DNA from: Lama glama
Taxonomy: Eukaryota
Direction of reading: 5' to 3'
Assembly: GCA_028534125.1 (NCBI GenBank)
Contig: CM052818.1
Location: 43,216,001-43,280,000, forward strand
Length of the DNA stretch: 64,000 nt
In this document: piece after piece, positions 37,422-52,200 of the stretch
Position numbering within the stretch: the stretch's first letter is position 1
Layout of the letters: every line of letters starts with the position of its first letter
Program-made: the position numbers and the translations under genes
The notes under the pieces: model-generated
Seen by the model: only the letters and a program-made list of their open reading frames with translations
Told to the model about the DNA's origin: nothing
Databases searched by the model: none

Positions 37422-37431
37422 ATGTTAAAAC

Positions 37432-37620
37432 ATGTTATAAATATTTATATATTTAATACATAATATAAATAAATAAATATTATATATATTTATAAAGATT
37501 ATATAAATATATAATATAAATAAAATTATTTATAATAAATACTAATTAATAATGTCAATATTAATAATACTAATAATTATTGATATTAAAATTTAAAATA
37601 AAGTTTAAAATTCTTTAAAT
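37432..37620. repeat. Extremely AT-rich low-complexity tract
   Basis: About 190 bp almost entirely A/T (ataaatatttatatatttaata...). Confidence 0.9.
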
Positions 37621-37723
37621 GTCTCAACTTTTTTTTTTTTTTTTTACTATTTTATAGTAACGGAATAGATTTTTGTATATTGGCGTTGTAGCCAGACATC
37701 TGGCTAAATTAACTTGTTAACAT

Positions 37724-37970
37724 CCCTTATAGTTTGTTTGGGCTGCTATAACAAAATACCACAAACTGGGCAGCTTATGAAGACAGGAATGTATTGTTCA
37801 TAGTTCTGGAAGCCGAGAAGCGCAAGGTCGAGGTGCCGACGTGGTTCTGCTTTGGTGAGGGCCCTTTTCCTGGTCCATAGCCTGTGCCTTCTTGCTCTGT
37901 CCTCACATTGTGGGAGGGGCTACAGAGTAATGTGGGGTCTCTATTATAAGGCACTAATCCTACTCATGAA
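37724..37970 (-). mobile_element. MaLR LTR fragment (MLT1A/C-like)
   Basis: tttgggctgctataacaaaataccacaaactgggcagctta...catagttctggaagc...tataaggcactaatcctactcatga. Confidence 0.8.
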
Positions 37971-38314
37971 TTATCTTTTTATTTCTTCACCTGAACATGA
38001 TTTGAACTAAACCCAAATAATATTTTAATATAAATATTTGCATGCTATTTGTGTTCACAGGGAAAAAAATTAAAACTAGTAAGTATAATAGACTTCAGTG
38101 GAAGAACAAAGGATATAAGTTTTTAAAAGATATAGTCGTGTTTAAGGACGATTGGTTAAATTTGGCCTAGAACAGTTTATTGTTAATACCTACGGGTTAT
38201 CAGAACTCAAGAAATAAATTCACGCTAACTAAAATTTATATAAGCCAGCATAAATGTTTTAATGCTATTTAAAATTTTTACCTTAAGGATATTCAAAGGG
38301 AATGAGAAGACAGG

Positions 38315-38545
38315 CAATAGTAACAGGTATTCAGTAAAGACTTACTTCGTATCAAGGACTATGCTGAAGGCTTCATATACATTCTAATTCAATTCTCATA
38401 AAGCCATTTGAAACAGTTATTATAATCTAGTTTTTACAGATTATCAAACTGAGTTTCAGAGAGTTAAAGTAATTTTCCTAGTATAAAACAACTTGTAATT
38501 GGCAGAAAAATAACAAGAATATTCTTCTGTCTGTGTCTAGAACTT
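38315..38545 (-). mobile_element. MIR SINE
   Basis: tttttacagattatcaaactgagtttcagagagttaaagtaattttccta. Confidence 0.7.
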
Positions 38546-41500
38546 ATCTGAAGTCAGTGTATTTCCTTCCATCTCCAGTCACTTGCGATGGTGAACCATA
38601 ATACAAATGAATGCACTATATATTTATTTTAGTAAACCACTTGACGAAGAAAACATAGTTTCTTCACATCAATGGACTCTCCTAGACTGAAATAAATTGA
38701 AGTCAGAATGTTGTTAGGTGACTGTTACAAACATAAAACCATTACAAATATGTTAGAAAAAAGGAAATGTTTTTAAACATTATTATTGATTTTCAAACAA
38801 ATGTTCCTTTTAGCGCAATTATAGAGCTTGTACAGCGTGATGCAGCTTAAACAGTTAAAAAAAAAAAAAAGTTCCACAATGCTCATTGAGAAAAACAGCC
38901 ATCCTGTTCTCCATCCCGTCCCTCTTCAGTTCCCACTCCCCAAAAGAGTAGAAGCTCTTTGGTTGTATAGAAGTATGCCTCAGGCAGGCTTAAATCTTGA
39001 GTCTGATGGAAGATGACTTCTGGAAAACTGACCAATGCTTTTTCAAGTCTGATATAGGCCTTAGGACTGGGTGGTGGCTATTTATGCATGAGTTACTTGC
39101 CCCTGACTGTGCAGGAAGAAACTGAACAAGAGACTCCAGCAGAGTTAGGCAAGAATCCAGACAGCTATAAAATCAAATTTTCCTTAAGAAGGTCAAAAGG
39201 AGCTTCTCATGAGTGGCAGAATTTTCACTTTACACTGTAATTATCATTTCAGAGCTCCATTTCTTTCCATTTATAGTCTGCATGGAGCAAGGCACACCCA
39301 ATGCTCCCTTTCCTTTGTCTCATAGTGTGATGGTTATTGACAACAGCAACCTCTATAACAACTATTTTCTAAACTTCAATAGTTTACCAATATCTTTTCA
39401 TCTTTTCATCTAGATATCATAATACCTTTAAATGAGGCAAGGGGCATGTCTTATTTATTTTTGGCAGATCACAGTGCTTTGTTCATAATAAGAACTAAAT
39501 AAACATTGAATTTATTGGAATTTTTGTAGCTTGAAATTATTTACTTAACTTGCATTAAAGCTTGTGGCTGTTTTATTTGTTAATGAATTTTGGTAGGAAT
39601 TTCTTAACAAGAGGAAATATGCTAAGGCCCTGCCTAATGAATGGAATGTAATAATACTTGTTTTATTGAATTTCTGTTCTTTGGCTCTGCTTTCCAAAAA
39701 TCAAATTTATTGGTAGAATCATCACTCATATGAGCTGTCCATTAGTAAAAAGCTTTTATGGACATTCTTCTTTTAAAATATGTTTATTAGGTTAATTTAA
39801 ATGTTTAGGGTTTCTTCTATATAATTATTTTGGCATTCGTATATCAAACATAACATTCACTAGTAAATTAAAAAATATATAAAAGATTATAATAATAGAA
39901 TGATCATCAGAGGAATAGTTTTTAAATGTAAAAACATATGATAAAGCAGGGCATTTAATTAAATACAAAGCAATCAATAATCATTTAATATGAAGATTTT
40001 CAGACATGTGAATCTCAGTGACTTTCTGATGGTCAAAAATAAGCATAAGGATTAGAAACACAGCTGCTATGCTCTGTGCCACTACTCAGGTAGATAGAAG
40101 CAGGGTAGCTAGAATCAAGAGTTAAACTTACATGAACTAAAAGTAGTAGACATTTATTTGGATTTGCATCATGTCTGGACAGTCTGTACAAATTCTCTTG
40201 AGGCAGCTTAAAACTCCTAGGCTCATCTATTCAGACTGAGAGATGTGAATTAAGACAGAGTTTACAGCAGGCACTATGATTTCTAATGGACTGAAATTTT
40301 ACCTTGTAAAGTGTTTTGAAAGTTTTCCAAGCCTGTGTGAGATTCCCAGACCAACAGGAGATAGCTAACTAGAAGGCAGTAGATTGAGAGTCACATTTAT
40401 CTTGCACATTTCCTCAATGTGGTAATTACCTCTTTTCTCCAGTCCAGCACAGTTTTGCTTCCAAAACTTCCACATGAATGGGAATTTACTTTACTACATC
40501 CTTCAGTGTGGATCAGTAATCTCCATTCTACCTTAAGACCAGTTTTTTTAGGGTGTGGATATCTTATCAAATCTTCTAGGGTTATTACTCATTTCCACCA
40601 AATTAACACTGGTAAACTCTCATAGGGCTACTGTGCTCTAAAATTAGACATTTAACTACAGAATAATTAACTAGAGCCTAGGAATTTATTACGCTGTCTC
40701 AAGAAAATGTGCATATATTCCGAGGTGATGGAAATCCAAGGAAATACATCTACCACTTTGAGTGCATTTAAATATAACTATTGGATCTAGATGCTTTGTG
40801 TCTGTTTACCAAGTTTGTGATACAGGATATATGACAGTTAATGCTTTTAATCATTATGCTTATTTTTGACTGTCAAAAAGTCACTAGGGTTGAAATGTCT
40901 AACAGGTTTCATATTAGATGACTATCACTGATTGCTTTTAATTAAATTTCCTGCATTATCATGTAAGTTGTGTAAACAAAAGTGGTGCCTCTGATGATCA
41001 TAAAGTCCCATTTCCTCCCATTTCCATACATATTAAGTTTCCTTTTCGGACCTCAAAATAAAAAACAAATCTTTATATATTTAAAGTGAAGGTGAAGTAG
41101 AGAGGAGAGGGGGAGAAATGAAGATATTAGGAGAAATACGAATTCTTCAAGTAACTACTATTTGCAGGTGCTTTGCATAAATCATACAATTTCTCCACAG
41201 TAGATAAGACTGTTTTCATCTCCAAACAATATCAATGCACAGAAAAGCTATGCAAAAACAAAAAGTCACATACCTAATAAGTGAGTGAATTAGCATTTTA
41301 ATACATATCTGTGCAATTTAAATCCTACCTCCTTCCCATGTATGGTTATTTTCCCAGTGTCTTTGATAGGAAACATAAAAATAAATAACTATTTAGGGTT
41401 AGGTGTAAGTATAAGAATGATCAGATTAGGTATGGAAGTTAGAACTGATATAAAAAGGAGCCTGATTTTTGTTATTGCTTTTTTTTTTTCTTTTTCAACA

Positions 41501-43372
41501 GTGCAGCCTTATGTAGGCTATCCATGATTATCCATACATTAAAGTATCTTTTTTTTCAAGTGAAAATCAACCTTGCTCTTATAAGTTGTGTCTTCTTTGG
41601 TGGAGAAAGCACTGGTCTATTTCACAGAAATCCAATATTCTAATACGGTATAAACTTAAGTGACATTTTATCTTCTTGGTGGGCAATTACCTTTTTTTTT
41701 TTTTTAAAGAGGGAAATAATTACTGTTCTGTCTACCTCACTGGTTTGTTATGAGGGTCTCATGAGCTACTGCATATTACAGCACTGTAAAGAACATAGAG
41801 TGTTGAATACATGCAAGAGATATTTAATGCTATTTAATGAATCATTAGACCACAAGTCTCTGCAAGGAGAATGATATAGCATTTTAATTTATTTATTTAT
41901 TTGGAGGGTTCTTCAGCAGGCAAAAATTGACCAGTACAGTGAATTTATTTCAGAGGAATTTACTTAGTGAATTCTGATCTAAACTTTACGCATCCTGTAT
42001 CAAATTAGGAAGAATGTTAGATACAGAATCGTATTTATTTATAATCCCAACAACCACCTTGTAAGGTACTTATTATGCATTCATTAAAATATAAATGGAG
42101 AGAGTGATTGAGAGCATCCAGCATCAATATCATTATTTAAACATTAACTCAAAGTACAAGAATATAGCAATTTGCTCACAAAAGAGAGGGAAGAACTAAC
42201 ACTTCTGTATACAATAAAACATCACAGAAAAGAATATCGATTCTCTATCCAAACAACATGAGACCTGCCAGGATGTTTTTTGCATCTGGCCTCCTGGCTG
42301 CAGCCAGAGAACCCAGGTGCAGAGCAAATCTTGGCAAAATCAGAGATTAAGTTCTGAGAGCTGCAAGAGCCAATATGATATGACAGACACGACTCTAAGC
42401 CAAGTTTACGAAATGTCACTTTAGATGGTATTGGGATTATATTAAAATTTAGAGGAAAGTCATTTAACCCATTGAAGTGAAGGGATTCGGAGGGAAGTTT
42501 CCTCAGGCGATTTTCATTTCAAATACCTTTGCTTAGCATTTTATAGCATGTAGTGTCTGCGGAACCCTTTATAGAGTTGTACTGCAGTAGAAATAAAGAT
42601 GAGTGAGACATCCTCGGAGTGTTTTATCCATTTTCATTCTAATTGGTTTATAGCACAAATCGAAAATAGTACAGTGTGGTTAGGCAAACCTGAAGCTCAG
42701 GAGAGGCTCCCATACTAAAGTTAAAATTTGGAGGTCAACAGCCAATTGCTATTATTTACAGACAAAAAACTGGGTGAGATCATACAGGCAGGGGGTGTGT
42801 CATTCGACTCAAGGACACCTCATTTGAGATGAAGAGTCAATTTTCATTTGTAACTGGTACTTTGAGGAGGTTTTAATGTAAAACAAATGCCATTCATTCA
42901 GAAAAGGAGAGGTCATGATAAAGATTACAATTTTAAACCACTAAAACTTTCAACATCCTGCAAGTATATCCTTTGATCATTATTTAAGAAGTTCTTGAAT
43001 ACCTGGTAATGATTCCAAAGGTAAATAGATATGTCTTAGGAAGAAAAAGTAAAATATTGGAAAAAATCACAGAAATCAGGACAGATAGTCTCTGCTCCAA
43101 ATTTCTCATTTCAAAAATAACTTCTCACACTTATCAATGGCTTTTCTTCAGGAATACTTGAGCAAGTATACCAAGATTTGTGCTCAAAGCTATTACTGAC
43201 TGTGATTATAATTGGAAGAGACTAAGTCACTGTATTTTCTTAATAAATATTGGTAAATCATTGGTATATTGAAATGTATGATTGGTAAAGCACATTAACA
43301 ACCATGACGTGTGTTTAGTTATTCTTACACAATAAACACTTTGCATTCATGCTCACTAATATTCAAAACAGA

Positions 43373-43822
43373 GTTGTTGGCGATTGCAAGGAAAAAAAAA
43401 GGCCACAAACTCTTTGAAGCTATTCCTGTGAAGAAAGGGAGTTTATTTCTCCATCTTATTTGGATTTGGCCGTGTGTCTTAACTGGCCAGTGGAACATGG
43501 GCATCCCTGACAAAGCATGTTGCTAGAAATGCTTGCACATTAGGCTGGCCCTCTCTTGCTTCTGGGGAGTTTTCCATCGTGTATATACACCTGAGCTAAC
43601 CTCCTGGAAGGAGGAAGGCCATCACAAGGGAGGCTCCAGCTTCACCTGACAGCCCAGTTGAGGGCAGACATGTGTCAGACTGTTCTAGATCATCCAAGAC
43701 CAGAAGGGCCCATTCAGACCAGAGGAACCATCTGGATTCTTCACAGAATAAGAGCTAATTAGGTGATGTTTTAAGCCATTAGCTTATAGGGTTATTTGCT
43801 TTGCAGCAACATTGACTGATAC
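43373..43822 (+). mobile_element. MaLR solo LTR (MLT1F/G-like)
   Basis: ggccacaaactctttgaagctattcctgtgaag...tcacagaataagagctaattaggtgatgttttaagccattagcttatagggttatttgctttgcagcaacattgactgataca. Confidence 0.7.
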
Positions 43823-45559
43823 AAGTCCTATATTTAAACTAAGAACTACCCTAAGTTATCTGATCAAACAGCTGAATTTCATGGTGCTGAAGTGACTTGC
43901 TCAATGTGGAAATGTTGAGGCTTAAAACCATATGTGTGTCAATCCATACATTTTGATTTGTCCTTTACACATCACTGACTGCAATCTGGCCCATCCAGTG
44001 GTTGAAAGCTTGGCATAGAGGGTTCACGCTTTGTGACATTTTCCCTCAGTCAGTCACATCTGGAGCTCTCCCATTCTAGTTGAAGGTCCACAGAACAATG
44101 AAAAGAATGGCACTGAGAGGGAAAATTACTGTAATTAATGATGCACCGTAATACCAGGGCTATAAATGAAATCGTGCACCAATACGCTACTGCTAAAATC
44201 TAATGAATCTCAATGAGTACTTTTAAAGCTCACTATAATCTGTATTTAGTTTGAAATACTTTTTGAAAAAAACCCTCAAAATTGATCCTGGAGTGATGCA
44301 CTGAGCAAAATGGAAAATTAAATTGACTTCTAGAGATTTTTAAAAGCAGAATAAAAATAAAGTGCTTTATCATTCTTAAATATTGATGCAAACAGTTGGT
44401 GGCTATATTCCACTTTTGTCCTGCTGGGCAGTAAGTGAAGCTGAAACTTAAAACTGATAGACATTTGCTGTCTTTATTGACTGAAGTCAAACGCTGCATT
44501 TATTAATTCACAAGTTCATATCACAGCAGAGATCCAAACTTAAGTAATTCTGGTGATAATATGTGGCTATGGCAAGCGTGCTGTTAGCCTTCTAAACAGT
44601 TTCCTCACTAACTCATACTGTTTGTGTGCTCTTGGATTGTCATTTAGACTTTCTGAATCTTATTTATTATTTGTGCTTAATACATATATTATGGATCTTT
44701 AAAAACTAAGTACTAAGACATTTGCACATTGTTTCATTAAAAATATTAACCTTATGGCAACTCCACCAGTAGCATAATAACCCAGAATCAGTTGCCTCAT
44801 AAAGTTCCTTAGATTTGTCAGTTTTTCAAGCTAATGGGTTGTCTCGCCACTTTCTTTTGCATCTACCCGATCACCAGTGACCTGTGTCCACAGTTCTGCA
44901 TCCTACAGGTGCTTTTGGTTAGATGGCCACTGCTAATATGTCCACAGTAAACTCAGAGAGGGGAAGCTGCTTTCTCCAGCAGTCAACAGCATAGCTGACA
45001 ATAGGATACAGACATGCAAATCAATAATTTCTGACAAATATTCCTAGAAACAATCACTCTAGGGACTGAAGTTAGATTTGAGGATCACAAAATTTCTTGC
45101 TCCTTCTCTATGTCTTGAGTCCCGTGAATGTGAGCAATTTGAGAAAACCCACATCCATGAAGACTCCTAGCCTCTCCACATTTCCAGGAGGGAGTCTACG
45201 CCCTATAGATACACAAGTCACAGGAGGCGAGAAATCATCTTTCTAGGTCCTGCTTCAGTATCAACCTCTTTATAGACTGACTGACAGCTGAAATCCTATT
45301 GCCCAGAAAAATGTCACCGTGTTTCAGGGGCACATGCCAGAATCCCGGATGGAAAGGCAGTTTCAACACATGACAGTACATTTTCTGCAGGTGAGTCTTC
45401 TTCAGTCTAAGGCACCACTAAATGTGCAACAGCAAAGCCCCGTTCACGTAACGCTACACTGGGCACAGGGCATTTCCTTTTTACAGCCTGTCCCCCAGTA
45501 TGTGCGAAGAAAGTCCCTCCCATCAGATCTGATCCCCTGAGAGCAACTGTTTAGATGAG

Positions 45560-45600
45560 AACACACACACACACATACACACACACACACACACATACAC
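45560..45600 (+). repeat. (CA)n microsatellite, interrupted
   Basis: Direct reading; other CA/TG tracts at ~22053, ~29213, ~47131, ~52434 and ~53430. Confidence 0.9.
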
Positions 45601-45744
45601 CTAGAAGTGTAATAAACACATGAAGTTTCCAAATGTAAATGATCATCTTTAGTGTTAAGGACATCATCATTTTTTACTTAAAAAGTGTATCTGCCTCTCT
45701 TTTTATTTTTCCTTCTTATACAAAGGCATTAAGTGAAAATTTGT

Positions 45745-45925
45745 GCCACGCTGCTTGGGATCAAATCTTAACTTTACAATATTAGTTATATGAACTTGGA
45801 TGTGTGACTTCAATTTTTTGTGTCTCAGCATGCAACTCATAGGTTTGCTGTGGGGACTAAGTGAAACAATGTAAGCAAAACATGAAGCATACATGCCTTG
45901 CATAGAGCAGTCATTAACTTTCGTA
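45745..45925 (+). mobile_element. MIR SINE
   Basis: ctgcttgggatcaaatcttaactttacaatattagttatatgaacttgg...ggtttgctgtggggactaagtgaaacaatgtaagcaaa. Confidence 0.65.
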
Positions 45926-47829
45926 TAAATTAAGTAAACTTACCACCAGTTCACATTTTAAAAAATTAATTATAATCTATGTGAAAATAACACTGATTAA
46001 TCAGTAATTCATTTATGGATATTTATTCAACACTTACTATGGGTTTTATCAACAGAACTTTTTATTATTCTTGATGACAATTGCAATTTGAGAATGAATA
46101 ATGTTTTCCTCTCATTTTTGCATTTCCTGAGGATGAATTATAGAGACAAAAATATTTATTTAAAATTATATTTCTCTGTAAAATAACTGAGTAGCTTGGC
46201 TCCTGGTTTGTCTTGCACTTTAATCATATCTGATTATTTTTGTCACAAATATGTTCTTACTATTGTTGGCTGCAGATTCTAGGACAGATGTGACCAAGTC
46301 ACTTGTCAACACAATTTTCAGCTAAGTTTATATCTCAAATGTTTAATTGCTTATGAGGTTAGAAGGTGCCAAGAGAATGCTATTGATTTCCAGTTTGCAG
46401 ATTGGAAGTGGTAAATTTGGTGCCTGAAAAAAAAAATCTAACTCTAAATTATGTAAATGTAGTAGGGAAGTTGTAACATAGAATATGTTTTTTAAAAATA
46501 TCATTATACCCTTCACTGTATTTTCAGAACAAATGTAAAAGCGTATGAATATGCTGTGGTAACATGGCCAGGTCTTCATTAACTTCAAGACTTGTGTACT
46601 CATTGTGTGGCCTACATTCTTATATTATAAATCAGTTTGACAATCACACAATAGATAATGGATGAGACATTACGGCAATAGGAGTCTCCATCTCAATGAC
46701 TCCAGGTGTCTTACACCTGGATGATCACTTAAGTTGACTATTTTCACAAATGTGAATTTTAAAAATAATTTAATCATCAAATTACATCTAAAATATTTCA
46801 CATGTATTTTGTAAATCATAGTGTAATAAGATAAACCTATTAAGTTTTAGAGGAAAAAAGGCTTGCCTGAATTGCATAAACACTCCCTTAATTTGAATAT
46901 TATATAATACACACAACTGATAATTATTTACTGGACACTTAATATAAACATAGGGAATGAGACCTTTGAGAAAAAACATACAGCCGCATTTTATGAACAA
47001 CTTATCCTTTTATACATCACCTTCTTTAATCTTTACAACTGTGGTTTATACTATTATCTCAATATTATAGGTTAAGAAACAGTGGCTCAAAATGTAAAGT
47101 AAACTTCCTAAGATCTCTCTCTCTCACAGGCACACACAGACACACACACACACAATTTATCTTTCTGGAAAAGTGATGGACAAAATAACTTGAAAAATCT
47201 CCTGCTAAAAATACCTAAGGATGTTAGATAAAATATAACAAACGACTTTTTACAAACACAGATAACCTCCCCACAGGCTTTGGGGCCACCCCGGGAAGCA
47301 ACAGAGAAAGAATGAGAATGTTGTAATCCTTTAAATAGATGGTACAACTCATCCAAGAGCAGGGATTAGCCATGGAGTGTCTCCTAACCACAGTAATCTA
47401 GGACCTAGAATTTTCAGATCTAAACTGATAGAGGGGTCAAGTTTAATGTCACATACATAATGAATTAAAGTGAGACCTGCTTCTAAATCCAGAGTCCTGA
47501 AAGTACTACTACACCCAGAAATAGTGGATTAAAAAAATCCACCCACTGTCATTGGGAAACAACAAAAAAGCCAACGAAAAAAAGTTTTAGGAGCATTTTA
47601 TGGCAATAAAGTTCTCAGGAACACATATACACAAATCAACGTCACACACGGGTTCTCACTATCAGCAATATTCAAAAACCACATAAGAAATTAATGTAAA
47701 ATTCTCCTAAAGATAGTAAAATATACTAAATGAAAGTGGTGTGTTAGTGCTCGTTGTATTAGTGTATTCCCACTTGAAAAAAAAACAAACTTCTTTTGCA
47801 ATACCTTTTCCTCAAACTTCCATTTACTC

Positions 47830-49260
47830 CCCATCTTAACTCTCTTTTAATGATGCTGCTTCTTAATTCATGAGACAAATAAAATTCTGGGAGGGGAAAC
47901 TGATAGTCTTCTGCTTCTCAGACTTCTCACCGCCACGCCTACCAGTGAACCTGCATTTGTGTCCAGACATTCTGGTTTCCTCCGATAACTACTAATGAGT
48001 TACCCAGACTCATGACCAAGGACTAACTCTGCAATTATCAGCTACATTCCAGCGGCTCATTTCCTCCTTGTCTTCTCCCAAGGATGCCACTCTAACAATT
48101 CTTTCTCTCCTGCAACATCCGTCTCTTCCCTTTTATTGCAGCATTCCTAATAGTGTAGAACATCCTGTAATAGTTCCATAATCTCAGGAAAGTATCTTGT
48201 TCCATTTCCCTTTCCAGCTACTGCCTCCTTTCTCCATTTATCTTTCCAGGATAATTCCTCCACAGAGTTGTTAATTATTAATGCCAACCATACTCTTTTT
48301 AAAACAATTCTGTCTCATCCTGGCAATATTCTTCTCTTTAAGAAACTAATGAATGATGAATTCCTAAGTCAGATGGTTAAGTTTCAAAACCAACTTTCTT
48401 GACTTGAGAAGAGGCATTGGCCCATCTGATATTTCCCTTTGAAATATTTTTCTTCATTAATGATAGTTATTTACTTGTGTCAGAAAAAAAAGCCCAAAAC
48501 TCAGTGACTCAAAAATCGAAAAATATTTATTTCTTTTAAGATTTTATGGTTTAATACGGTGGGTTTTCTGGTGATCTCACCTGGGGTCTTCCATGGAGCT
48601 GAGTTACGCTGACGTATTAGCTGTGAGATGAACACAAAGAGGACTATGGCTAGGGTGCCTCAAGTCTCTTCCGCAGGGCTTCTCTAGGCACCTCGCTGGG
48701 CATTCTCACAAATCAGAGTCTCAAGTCAATGGTCCAGAATTAAGCACTTATAGACCATGAAAATACTTACTCTTTTTAAACTGATCTTCAAAAGCTAGAC
48801 ATAAGAAATTTTGCTAAATTCTATTAGTCAAACCAAGTTACAGATCCAACACAGATACAAGCTGAGGAAATACAGAATCAACTTTTTGATTAAAAAAAAA
48901 AGTAATGAAGTTTCATTTTTAAAAATCACAACTGAAAAAAAAAATCACAACTAAGCTTCTAGTCAAAACTAGAAGTGTAAACTTTTCTGGTTTACATTAC
49001 TGGTCATTCATTCTGAGACTTTTTTTGCTGGTTCCTCTGACATCCTTGACTTTTGACACTGGAATTCCTCAGGGCTGAATCTTTTCAAATAATCTCTATC
49101 TGAACATACAAAACTCATTTATTCTCATGACTTTAATTAACATTCTTATGATGGTGACTTTCAAATTTATATCGTTAGTCAAGATAACTCATACACTGGG
49201 AGGATTCATAAACCTAGCTTGACATTTGGATTTTAATATGTATGTAAAAATTAACTCACA
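47830..49260 (+). mobile_element. L2 LINE remnant, interrupted by an antisense MLT1J/H-like LTR (~48465-48935)
   Basis: L2-like ccctttccagctactgcctcc, ggaattcctcagggctgaatc, catgactttaattaacattcttatgatggtgactttcaaatttatatc; the insert has cccaaaactcagtgactc...ctattagtcaaaccaagttacag. Confidence 0.55.
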
Positions 49261-49264
49261 ATAT

Positions 49265-52200
49265 GGTAAACCAAATTCATGGGATTCAGCTAAAATGGTG
49301 TTTAGCAGGAAATTCATAGCCTTCAATGCATACATTAGAAAGAATAAACACTGAAAATATGAAAGCTCAAAAAAAGATATATCAAATCCTAACAATGTAG
49401 AAAGAATTATCGAGATGAGAATAGAAGTCAAGAAAACAGGAAACCAATGTTCAACTGAGAAACTAAGTTAGAAGTTAATTCATTGAAAAGGTTAATAAAA
49501 TTATAAAACCTAAGAAGGAATAGAAAGGGTGACATCATCATAGATCATGCAGATATCTGAAAGTTAAGAGGCTATTTTAAAAAATGTAGCCAATATATTT
49601 AACAATTTAAGTGTGCTTAGCAAGGTTACAGAAATAGGGGTAATATATAAAAGTCTTCATATACTATCTTTATATCCTAGCAATAAGGATTTGAATACAG
49701 TATCATTTACAATAGAAAATAGTAAGTATTTACACAGTAAGCTAACAAAATATGTGCAGAAATCGTGTGCAAAAAGCCACAAAACACTGATGAAAGAAAT
49801 CAATAAAGATCTAAATAAGTGGAGATATATAACATGTTCATGGATTAGAAATCTCAACATTGTTAAGACGCCATTTTTTCCATTTGTTATATAAATTCAG
49901 TGCAGTCTCAACCACAACCCTCGGAAGATTTTTTTCTTAAATATAGAGAATTTGATTCTAAAATTTACATAGAAAAGCAAAGGTAGAATAGCTAAAATAC
50001 TTCTTAGAAGGAAAACTAAGTTCATAGGGAATCAAATTACCTGATTCCGTTGCTTAATATAAAATTAAAAGAATCAAGAAACTGTGATATTGAACACAGA
50101 TAGATACACAGAGCAATGGAATATGACAGTCCTAAAATAATCAAACACACACTTAGGCAACTGAATTTTGATAAAGATGAAAAAGTAATTAAATGAAGAA
50201 AGAAGAGATATTTTAACAAAAGAAGCTGAAACAATAGGATGTATAATTTAAAAAATAGGAAAAAGAGACTCTACATATAACCTATATCTTCGAGAAAAAA
50301 ATATAATTAAAATGAGTGCATTGAACTAAATGTAAAATAAATAATTACTAAACTTCTAGAATAAAATGCAATAGAAAAAATCTGTGACCTTTGGTTTGAC
50401 CATTAGTTTCCAGATATACCACCAAAAGGACGATCCATGCAAGAAAAAAAAATGATTAATTGGATTTATCAAATGAAAAACTAATGTTTTGAGAAAGCCA
50501 CTATTGAGAGTATGAAAATATAAGCCACAGATTGGGAGAAAATCACATTATCTGACAGAGACCTCACATCCAGAATATATTTAAAATTTTAAAATTCAAC
50601 AATAAGAAAACACTCTAATAAAAACATGATAAAAGTTCTGAACAGACATTTCAAAAATATGGTATGCAGACAAAAAATGGCATTTAGAAAGATATCATCA
50701 TTTGTCTTAATGAAAATGCAAATTAAAATAACTGGATATCACTACACACCTATAAGAATGGCAGTTTGTTTTTTTTTTCTTTAATGACGGTACCAAATAC
50801 TTAGAAGAATACAGAATAACAAAAACTCTCATTCATTGCTGGTGAAAATGCAAAACGAAACACAGCCACTTTGGAAGCTTCTGGTAAAGTTAAACATAGA
50901 CTTATCATACAACCCAAGGTTTACACTTCTATGTATTCCATTCCTCCAAGTAAACTTAAAATCTATGTTTACACGAAAACATATATGCATATTTATAGCA
51001 GCTTTATTCATAGTGACAAAAAAATGGAGCAATCCAGATTTCCTTCAACAAGTAAATAAATTATGATGCATCCATGAAATTTAGCAATAAAAAATGATCA
51101 ATTGATTTACACACGTGGATATCTGGTATATATTTTCCTAAGAATTATAAGATATGGATGGATGCAGGATGGTAGTGACTGACTTACAAAGCTGGAGAAA
51201 ACTGAATCCCAAGCTCGAAGTGAGAATTCTGAGGAACAATTCTACGCACATCACAGGATTCCCCCAAAGGTTCAAGACTGTTGGCGTCAGCTACCTCTGA
51301 AAGCAGAAGTGTGAGGGTGCACCAAAAATTAAAAAACTCAGAGACGGTTAAGACGGAGTAAGACTCACAGATTCCTTCCCCTGACATCATGTAGACAAGC
51401 AACTACAGTTCCACTGCGACAGAAGACAGAATGGTAACCCTTTGGAGGAAGTTTTCAAAAGGTGTAACATTGAGGAGGTGATATCATTCTAAAAGCCAGG
51501 TGATTACATGAGGGTTTATATGATGTGTAAAGGATTTGAGTTCTTCCAGAAGCAGAACACATGATAAGGCATTGGCATCAGTTTCTGTGCGGAAACCTTT
51601 AAGGAGGTCATGTGTTAGTAAAGACCATAGAAGAAAGGCTCTCCTGTACAGAACTTTCAAGTAGCTTTCAGATGTTTCATTTAAATGTGAGGCGATAGCC
51701 ACAGATCACCAGGCTCTAATAGGAATGATACAGAATAAACCCCCCAAAATAATAATATTAACTGTTGGTGGAAAGAGGAACCACTCAGAAGAAGACAGTT
51801 TTAAAAATGCAGTTTCTGTGAAATGGGGACAAGTTGCTTTAAGTAAAGACACTTAGAAAACAGAAGAATTCTTGGAAACTAAGAGCAATAGACATGGAAA
51901 ACTCAAGAACCACCAGTCTTGATTGAAGCCAGTGAGAAAGTTCCAGTCAGAAGATACAATGTATAGGACACACTGTGGATTTGAATGTACAGAGAAAGGA
52001 TTTACACAATAGGGGGAGAATTTAGAGTAACCATGTCATAAGCCGTATAGTTAAGTCAATAACAACAATATCAGAAAAAGTTATTATAACCGAGAATCAT
52101 CATAAAATAATGGTTAAATGCACAACTAGATGTTAGTGCTAAAATCCTTGAATTCAAATCACTCTAACATTTTCCAACCATATGACCTTGGTCAATTTAT

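Larger units (their letters stand above)
36005..37722 (-). mobile_element. Old L1ME/L1MD-like 3' region (antisense), interrupted by an MLT1 LTR and an AT-rich tract
   Basis: gtaactactatcctgacttctgacaccatagcttagttttg...; aaaattgtcttgactatttc; gatttttgtatattggcgttgtagccagacatctggctaaatt. Confidence 0.65.
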
